7,432 nt of DNA from an archaeon (GTDB taxonomy: Archaea > Iainarchaeota > Iainarchaeia > Iainarchaeales > CSSED10-239): contig DAOOON010000031.1 of assembly GCA_035387745.1 (NCBI GenBank), positions 1 to 7,432 of the forward strand, written 5' to 3'. Below the pieces are notes generated by a model, which was not told where the DNA came from, did not search any database, and was given only the letters and a program-made list of their open reading frames with translations. Below, one piece after another: positions 1 to 5,237 of the stretch. Both the position numbers and the translations under genes were made by a program. Numbering within the stretch: position 1 is the first letter of the stretch; each line of letters starts with the position of its first letter.

Positions 1-511
1 TTGCTGTTGGTGGCCAAAAAGTGCTAACAATATTACAACCGCTTACATCAATAACTTCTTTTGGGCAAGCGCCGTTTGTTAAAGTTATATTATCTATATC
101 TTCAATATCAATATCCACTAAAGAATTTTGATCCCCTCTATTAACAGTAAAATTTGTGTCTGTTGAAAGATATGCAGTTTCTCCTGCTTCTACTATTTTA
201 TTAAAACTTCCAGAAACATTTCCATTAATTATTAGTTGTAAATTAAATAACCTAATATCTGAATTATTCATTAAAACAAGTCTTACTGTTTTAGTAGTAC
301 TATAGATTGTACAAGAATCAACATAAAATTGCGCATTTGAGCATTCTAAATCGCTTGCTGCTTTTAGCTCTGCTGTAACTTGGTCCATTTTTGTCTTTGC
401 CGAGTTTCTTGACCACGCAAAGAAAAGACTAGCAAGAATTACTACAATTACTATTAATAACGTTACACTAATAATCTCAGAAATCCCTTTTCTTGATTTT
501 AATCTAAACAT
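1..511 (-). CDS. Archaeal type IV pilin-like protein with class III signal peptide (3'-partial; C-terminus lies beyond the window start)
   Basis: Not in the supplied ORF track because it runs off the window. My translation from the ATG at 511..509(-) is MFRLKSRKGISEIISVTLLIVIVVILASLFFAWSRNSAKTKMDQVTAELKAASDLECSNAQFYVDSC..., and it stays open to position 1. The N-terminus is a short basic leader, then KG|ISEII, then about 20 hydrophobic residues ending in AW. This matches the archaeal pilin/archaellin N-terminal pattern (Pilin_N / DUF1628-type). A GGTGA Shine-Dalgarno-like site sits at 520..516(-), 4 nt upstream of the ATG. The ATG overlaps the TAA stop of the upstream gene (TAATG). Confidence 0.75.
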   Translation of the reverse strand, partial: MFRLKSRKGISEIISVTLLIVIVVILASLFFAWSRNSAKTKMDQVTAELKAASDLECSNAQFYVDSCTIYSTTKTVRLVLMNNSDIRLFNLQLIINGNVSGSFNKIVEAGETAYLSTDTNFTVNRGDQNSLVDIDIEDIDNITLTNGACPKEVIDVSGCNIVSTFWPPTA

Positions 512-1752
512 TATTTCACCAAATTATTTGCTTTAATTTTAAATTCTTTAGCTATCCCTTTTTCTACCAAAAATAAATAGATGGTTGTTGTAATGTTTGT
601 TATTAATATTACTAAAAATACAACCGCCACAAGCTTATTTGTAAAGTCATTAATAATTCCTATACTTATGGGATATGTTGCAAGTACTGCAGCTGCTAGG
701 CCTCTAGCATGAAGAGCAGAAATAATATTTTGGTCTGTTTTATTAAGGCTTTTTGAAAACAATAATTTTGCTGCAAGAATTCTAACAATTATTAAAACAA
801 CAATCAAGCCTAACGAGATTAAAATCGTTTCAAGAGAAATAATTGTAAGGTCAATTATTATTCCAAGATACACAAAGAAAAAAGTCTTAATTAATAATGA
901 AATTTCTGTCTGGAAATGAGACATGCTTTTTTCCATAGTAAATTCTTTCATCTTAAATGCTTTTAGAATTGTTGAAGCATTACCTAGAACTAATCCAAAG
1001 ATTAATGCACAGAATGCTCCGTTTCCATTTAGATATTCTGTCGCTACATATAATAAAAATAAAAAAGCTAAAGTAAGAAGATAATCAAAGTCTTTTGTTT
1101 CTGTATAGTCTCTTAATACTTTTATCCAGATTAACCCTCCAACTAGACCAATAACAGTAGCTATAGCAAATGCAGAAAATATGCCCTGAGCTATATTTGT
1201 TGCGTTTATTGATTGAGAAACAATTAACCCTGCAATTGTTATTGTTGCGACAACACAAAAAACATCTGTCATTGCTGATTCTAATGTCAGTATTATTCTG
1301 GTTTTTTCACCTGCACTTGATCTTGTAACTAATGGAATTACTATTGCAGAACTAGTACCGCCAATAATTGATCCTGCAAGAAACCCAAATATCCATTCTA
1401 CTCCAAAAACATAATGTAAAAATACACCACTAATTCCTGCAGTAAATAAAAATATTAAAATTGTGAAAATAAATGAATTTTTTATTTCGTTGACAACTTT
1501 ATTAAAATTTAAGCACAATCCACCATCAAACAATAAAATAATTAATGCAACTGCTGCAAATATTGGAGTAAAAGATTTTAATAGTTCAACAATATTAATC
1601 GGTATTAAATGAAATATTGGCCCTAAAAGCATACCAACAAATATTAAAATTAAAATATCAGATATCTTGGTTTTCTTAAAAAAAATATTTCCAAAAAAGC
1701 CAAGTAAGAATATTCCGGACATCAATAACAAAAACAGAAGTGTATTTACCAT
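511..1752 (-). CDS. Cation:proton antiporter, CPA superfamily (Na+/H+ exchanger fold); membrane domain only, no RCK/TrkA-type regulatory domain
   Basis: A 413-aa ORF that is hydrophobic throughout (about 11-13 predicted TM segments). The N-terminus GNIFFKKTKISDILILIFVGMLLGP resembles the Na_H_Exchanger family start. LLFDGGL, GGTSSAIVIPL (TM4-like) and TLESAMTDV (TM5-like) fall at the expected relative positions of the CPA ion-binding motifs. Confidence 0.88.
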   Translation of the reverse strand: MVNTLLFLLLMSGIFLLGFFGNIFFKKTKISDILILIFVGMLLGPIFHLIPINIVELLKSFTPIFAAVALIILLFDGGLCLNFNKVVNEIKNSFIFTILIFLFTAGISGVFLHYVFGVEWIFGFLAGSIIGGTSSAIVIPLVTRSSAGEKTRIILTLESAMTDVFCVVATITIAGLIVSQSINATNIAQGIFSAFAIATVIGLVGGLIWIKVLRDYTETKDFDYLLTLAFLFLLYVATEYLNGNGAFCALIFGLVLGNASTILKAFKMKEFTMEKSMSHFQTEISLLIKTFFFVYLGIIIDLTIISLETILISLGLIVVLIIVRILAAKLLFSKSLNKTDQNIISALHARGLAAAVLATYPISIGIINDFTNKLVAVVFLVILITNITTTIYLFLVEKGIAKEFKIKANNLVK

Positions 1753-1857
1753 AATTTATCTCTAATTTTTTATTTTTAATAAAATATATGTTAGTAAATT
1801 ATTTTATAAACTTAACTAAAAATATATAATATAGGGCAATTAGGAGAAATAGATAAT
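1753..1857. promoter_or_regulatory. Divergent intergenic promoter region (antiporter to the left, DAC operon to the right)
   Basis: A 105-nt, very AT-rich spacer. It has two aaaatatat boxes (1781..1789 and 1819..1827) and ttttataaa (1802..1810) as candidate archaeal TATA elements. An AGGAG Shine-Dalgarno site at 1842..1846 lies 11 nt upstream of the ATG at 1858. Transcription start sites cannot be determined from sequence alone. Confidence 0.4.
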
Positions 1858-2568
1858 ATGGTCGAAAAAAAACATAATGCAAACTTAAACAAAAAAGTTA
1901 TTTCTACAGTTACACAAATTGTAAACGGAATGGCAAACAAGAAAAAAGGTTCTTTTTTTATAATAAGTAAATCTGATATTTCTAATAAATATGAAAGACT
2001 TTATCCTGATCTTTTTTCAAATAAGAAAGTAAGTATTTTTAAAAAAGAAACACAAACACTTCTGATAGCTCTTTTAGAACTTGATGGTGCAATTGTTGTG
2101 GATAATTCTGGTTATATAGTAGATTATGGCGTAAAGGTTAAAAAAACAAAAATACTTTTGGGACATGGAACAAGACATTCTGCTGCTAGAGGGATTTCTT
2201 GTTTTCCTAATGTTTTATCAATTATTTCTTCAGAAGAAGATGGAAAGGTTAGATTATTTAGGAATGGAGAAATGGTTGCAGAGATTAATCCAAAAATGGG
2301 TAAATCCAAACTGTTCTTTGAAAGAGTAGGAGAATTATTTTCTAAACCAGAATTACAAGTAGCAACTGCTGGCGGAGTTGCTTCTTTACTTTTAAGAGTA
2401 AATCCTTGGTTTGCAGGTATTATCTTTACTGGTTCATGGATAGTTACAAAATATGGGCTAGTAAGTCTACAGGATTTTCTAAGAACAGGGCATTTGGTTG
2501 TTAAGAAACAAACAAAAGAAATAAAAAAACAAATTAAAAAGAATAGAAATGCAAGAGCCAAAAAATAA
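1858..2568 (+). CDS. Diadenylate cyclase (DAC / DisA_N) domain protein with a C-terminal hydrophobic segment and basic tail
   Basis: A 236-aa ORF with an AGGAG RBS. By eye it aligns to the CdaA/DisA DAC core at four points. KKGSFFIIS matches K-x-GALIVI. LDGAIVVDNSGYIVDYG is the DGA motif (nt 2083..2091). GHGTRHSAARGIS corresponds to GTRHRAA-x-GIS, so the RHR position reads RHS (nt 2173..2181). IISSEEDGKVRLFRNGE matches VVSEETG-x-IS-x-x-x-G. Residues 167-199 are hydrophobic, consistent with one or two TM segments or a re-entrant hairpin. The tail KKQTKEIKKQIKKNRNARAKK is strongly basic. Confidence 0.8.
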   Translation: MVEKKHNANLNKKVISTVTQIVNGMANKKKGSFFIISKSDISNKYERLYPDLFSNKKVSIFKKETQTLLIALLELDGAIVVDNSGYIVDYGVKVKKTKILLGHGTRHSAARGISCFPNVLSIISSEEDGKVRLFRNGEMVAEINPKMGKSKLFFERVGELFSKPELQVATAGGVASLLLRVNPWFAGIIFTGSWIVTKYGLVSLQDFLRTGHLVVKKQTKEIKKQIKKNRNARAKK

Positions 2569-2992
2569 AGTTACAGAAGTATCTTCTGGAATTATTAACT
2601 CTTTTATTAGAATTACAAAAAAAACAATAATTTTTGGAATTATTATTCCCGGAGTAATTTATTTAATTATTAGATTTTTAGAAATTGCTTTTGGTTATTC
2701 CTGGCAAGATCAACTGATTTTCCAATATATTTCTTATATTTATGGTATTGGTTATATTGCGTTTTTAACTTACAAAGCAGTTGCTGGTCAAATTCACACA
2801 ACGATTTATTATTCAATTGGTTGGATTTTAGGGTTATTATTGTTATTTAGATTTGGAGTATTTAATTTACAGGACTTTCTAAACATCTTGCTTATTCCAA
2901 CTATATTTGTAATTCTAAAAATAATATATTTGATATTTAGAAAACCAACAAAAATAATAAGAAAAGAAAGTATTAGAAGACGTAGCCCTTAG
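2549..2992 (+). CDS. Hypothetical 4-TM membrane protein, translationally coupled to the DAC gene
   Basis: A 147-aa ORF. Its only ATG (2549) lies 20 nt inside the 3' end of the DAC gene. There are four clear hydrophobic segments (about residues 26-44, 56-74, 84-100 and 112-130) and a basic C-terminal tail. No obvious independent SD site is present, which fits coupled translation. I recognise no family. Confidence 0.6.
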   Translation: MQEPKNKVTEVSSGIINSFIRITKKTIIFGIIIPGVIYLIIRFLEIAFGYSWQDQLIFQYISYIYGIGYIAFLTYKAVAGQIHTTIYYSIGWILGLLLLFRFGVFNLQDFLNILLIPTIFVILKIIYLIFRKPTKIIRKESIRRRSP

Positions 2993-5237
2993 AATTTATT
3001 CTTACGTGTCTTTGTAGTCTTCTTTGGCTAATTCCTAGTTCTGCTAATTCTTTATAACCATAGCCGGCTTTTATTAGTTGGTCTGGGCTGTAGCCTGCCT
3101 TATATAGTTCTTTTGCAGAAAAGCCAAGAGGTTTTAGTTCCTTTGCAGAATATCTTATAACTCTTAATTGTCTAGCTTTTAGACCTAATTTCCAAACATC
3201 TTTTGCAGGAAAGCCAGCATAATATAGTTCTCGTGGATAAAAGCCAACATCATGTAACTCTTTTGCTGAATATCCAGCATCCCTTAAAGAAGCAGAATCA
3301 AAGCCTGCATATCTAAGCTCTTTAGCAGAATATGCTTTCTTTAAATCATAGGCACTATAGCTTGCTGCTCTCATTTCTTTAGCAGAATAACCGGCCTTTG
3401 CAAACTCTATAACATCGATATCAAGATCAGCTAGTTCTTTTGCAGAATAACCTGCATCTTTTATGACCTTTAGATCAAAACCTGCAAAATAAAGCTCTCT
3501 TGCAGTAAAACCAAGATTATGAAATTGATTTGCAGAATAACCAATACCAAGAAGTTCTTTAGCATCAAACTCTGCATCTCTTAAATCATATAAACTATAG
3601 CCCGCCAAATGAATCTCAAGAGCAGAAAAACCAGCTTTCTTTAGTTCTTTTGCAGAGTAACCTTTCGCAATAAACTCTGGCAGCTCACAACCGCAAAGTC
3701 TTATTTCAGATAAAGAACAACCAGCATCCATTAATTGTGAACAAGAAAGACCTGCTTGAGATAATTCTTTTGTAGTAAAACCAGAGAAATATAATTCTGC
3801 AGGAGAATATCCAAACAACAGTAAATCTTTAGCAGAATAATTAAGATATCTTAAATCCTCTAAACTAAATTCTTCTTTTTTCTCTTGATTTGTTAAAAGA
3901 TCTCTTAGTTCAAAGATTTCTATAAGCTTATAGCCTGCTTCTTTTAAATCTCTTACAGAATAACCAGCTCTATACATGTCTCTTGCAGAGATTCCTGCTT
4001 CTCTTAATTGTTTTAAGGTTACACCTAATGGTACTAATTCTTTAATTCTAAAGCCTTCTTTTAAAAGATCAGAAACTGTTATGCCTTCATCAAGTAAATC
4101 TTGAATATTTATCTTTTCTTTGTCTACTAAATCTAGAAGGGTGTAGCCTGCAAGTAATAGTTCACTAACTGTGTATGCTTTTTTTAGGTCTTCAAGAGTA
4201 TAACCTGCTTCAATTAATTCATTTGCTTTATAGCCTGCAATCTTTAATTTCTTTACAGGAATATTTAGCTTATATAGGTCTTTTGCAGGATATTGTGCAT
4301 AAGCAACCACGTCTTCGCTGAATTTAGCTTTTAGTAAATCTTTTGCTGAATAACCTGTGTCTTTTAGTTCTTTAGCTGAATAACCTGCTCTTTTAAGTTC
4401 TGTTAAAGTATATTTTGCATTTCTTAACTCTTGAGCAGAAAACCCTAAAGTAAAAAGATACATTGAACTAAATTTCATTTTCTTTAGTCTTGTTGCAGTG
4501 TATTTTGCTTTTTTTAGTCTTTTATGATTATAACCTAATTGTAATAATTTCTTTGCTGGTGTTTTTTTTCTTAAAAGCTCAGACAAAGTTATTTTCTTTT
4601 TTTTTATAGGCTTTTTTATTGTTATTTTTTGGGGTTTTTCTTTTTTTTCTTCTTTAAATCCTAGTGTTTTTATTTCTGCAGCTGTAAAACCTGCTTTTTT
4701 AAGATCCGTGAATGTATATTTCAGCCCAGAGAATATTGTTCGATTTGCTTTAGCTTTCTGTAGATCTTTAGCAAATCTAATGATACTTATTTTTTTCTTT
4801 CTTAGTAATGATATATCAATTGGCGAGATAATAAATTTCTTTGGAGAATTAAGCTGTTTATTTAGCTTTTCTATTATCTCTTTTTTATTTAGACTAGCGG
4901 TTGCTTTTTTTTCTTTTAAAACAGGTTTTTGTGGAATTGTTTCTTTTACTTTTTTTGGCTCATTTAATGAAAAACCTAATTTTTTTAATTCCAGATTATT
5001 AAAACCTGCATTTTTTAAGTCTTTAAGAGTGTATTTTAAACCTAAGAATATAGTATAATTTGCTTTAACTTTCTGTAAATCTTTTGCATATCTATTAATA
5101 CTTATTTTTTTCTTTCTTAGTAATGATATATCAATTGGTGAGATAATAAATTTCTTTGGAGAATTAAGCTGTTTATTTAGCTTTTCTATTATCTCTTTTT
5201 TAGTTAAACTAACTGTTGCTTTTTTTATTTTTTTCAT
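2973..5237 (-). CDS. Large decapeptide-repeat protein of unknown family, with a duplicated Lys-rich N-terminal module and no signal peptide
   Basis: An uninterrupted 754-aa ORF. The N-terminus MKKIKKATVSLTKKEIIEKL has no hydrophobic leader and there are no TM segments. Residues 7-216 are two tandem 105-aa modules. Residues ~217-740 are about 50 ten-residue units with consensus L-x-x-A-G-[YF]-S-A-K-[ED]. The repeat periodicity is maintained at the protein level while codons have diverged, which argues for a genuine, selected coding sequence. Confidence 0.9.
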   Translation of the reverse strand: MKKIKKATVSLTKKEIIEKLNKQLNSPKKFIISPIDISLLRKKKISINRYAKDLQKVKANYTIFLGLKYTLKDLKNAGFNNLELKKLGFSLNEPKKVKETIPQKPVLKEKKATASLNKKEIIEKLNKQLNSPKKFIISPIDISLLRKKKISIIRFAKDLQKAKANRTIFSGLKYTFTDLKKAGFTAAEIKTLGFKEEKKEKPQKITIKKPIKKKKITLSELLRKKTPAKKLLQLGYNHKRLKKAKYTATRLKKMKFSSMYLFTLGFSAQELRNAKYTLTELKRAGYSAKELKDTGYSAKDLLKAKFSEDVVAYAQYPAKDLYKLNIPVKKLKIAGYKANELIEAGYTLEDLKKAYTVSELLLAGYTLLDLVDKEKINIQDLLDEGITVSDLLKEGFRIKELVPLGVTLKQLREAGISARDMYRAGYSVRDLKEAGYKLIEIFELRDLLTNQEKKEEFSLEDLRYLNYSAKDLLLFGYSPAELYFSGFTTKELSQAGLSCSQLMDAGCSLSEIRLCGCELPEFIAKGYSAKELKKAGFSALEIHLAGYSLYDLRDAEFDAKELLGIGYSANQFHNLGFTARELYFAGFDLKVIKDAGYSAKELADLDIDVIEFAKAGYSAKEMRAASYSAYDLKKAYSAKELRYAGFDSASLRDAGYSAKELHDVGFYPRELYYAGFPAKDVWKLGLKARQLRVIRYSAKELKPLGFSAKELYKAGYSPDQLIKAGYGYKELAELGISQRRLQRHVRINSKGYVF
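3018..4589 (-). repeat. Intragenic 30-nt (decapeptide) tandem repeat array, about 50 units
   Basis: On the + strand the unit recurs imperfectly as ...agttcttttgcagaataacctgc..., which is the reverse complement of A-G-Y-S-A-K-E-L. A hydrophobic residue falls at exactly every 10th position across four runs: residues 221-351 (14 units), 381-441 (7), 462-632 (18) and 641-741 (11). There are only about four register shifts in more than 520 residues. Confidence 0.9.
4590..5219 (-). repeat. Tandem duplication of a 315-nt (105-aa) N-terminal module
   Basis: Residues 7-111 (nt 4905..5219) and 112-216 (nt 4590..4904) align without gaps. The core 4783..4887 versus 5098..5202 is 105 nt with a single synonymous mismatch (TCG/TCA Ser) and encodes the identical peptide KKEIIEKLNKQLNSPKKFIISPIDISLLRKKKISI. 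Similarity decays towards the C-terminal end of each module. Confidence 0.92.

Noticed and set aside
2124-2561. 145-aa ORF on the minus strand
   Set aside because: It lies entirely antisense to the DAC-domain gene, whose conserved motifs establish the + strand frame. Its product is low-complexity (F/L/C/S-rich) with no start context. It is a typical shadow ORF in AT-rich DNA.
3018-4589. 30-nt periodic repeats as a possible CRISPR array or non-coding satellite
   Set aside because: The units are contiguous with no unique spacers and have degenerated mainly in ways that preserve the encoded decapeptide. They lie in one uninterrupted 754-codon ORF with a consistent amino-acid consensus. There is no leader and there are no cas genes.
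3018-4589. Classifying the array as canonical pentapeptide repeats (right-handed quadrilateral beta-helix)
   Set aside because: The alternating F/Y and L at 5-residue spacing is suggestive, and the A-G-[FY]-S-A half fits A(D/N)(L/F)xx loosely. The other half (A-)K-E-L-x-x places Lys at the inward-facing i-2 position, which must be small in known pentapeptide-repeat proteins. I cannot support the assignment without a structure prediction. I leave it as an open alternative to a helix-turn solenoid.
4562-4648. Homopolymer runs (T8 at 4562..4569, T9 at 4597..4605, T8 at 4641..4648; A-runs on the coding strand) as phase-variation or slippage switches
   Set aside because: They encode Lys tracts in the linker (KKKK, KKEKK), which are expected in a very AT-rich genome. 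No alternative-frame ORF continues after a +/-1 shift in a way I could see. I have no read-level length heterogeneity to examine.
4708-5058. 116-aa ORF on the plus strand
   Set aside because: It is antisense to the Lys-rich N-terminal modules of the repeat protein. The Phe-rich translation is simply the complement of AAA/AAG codons. There is no RBS, and the minus-strand ORF is continuous for 754 codons.
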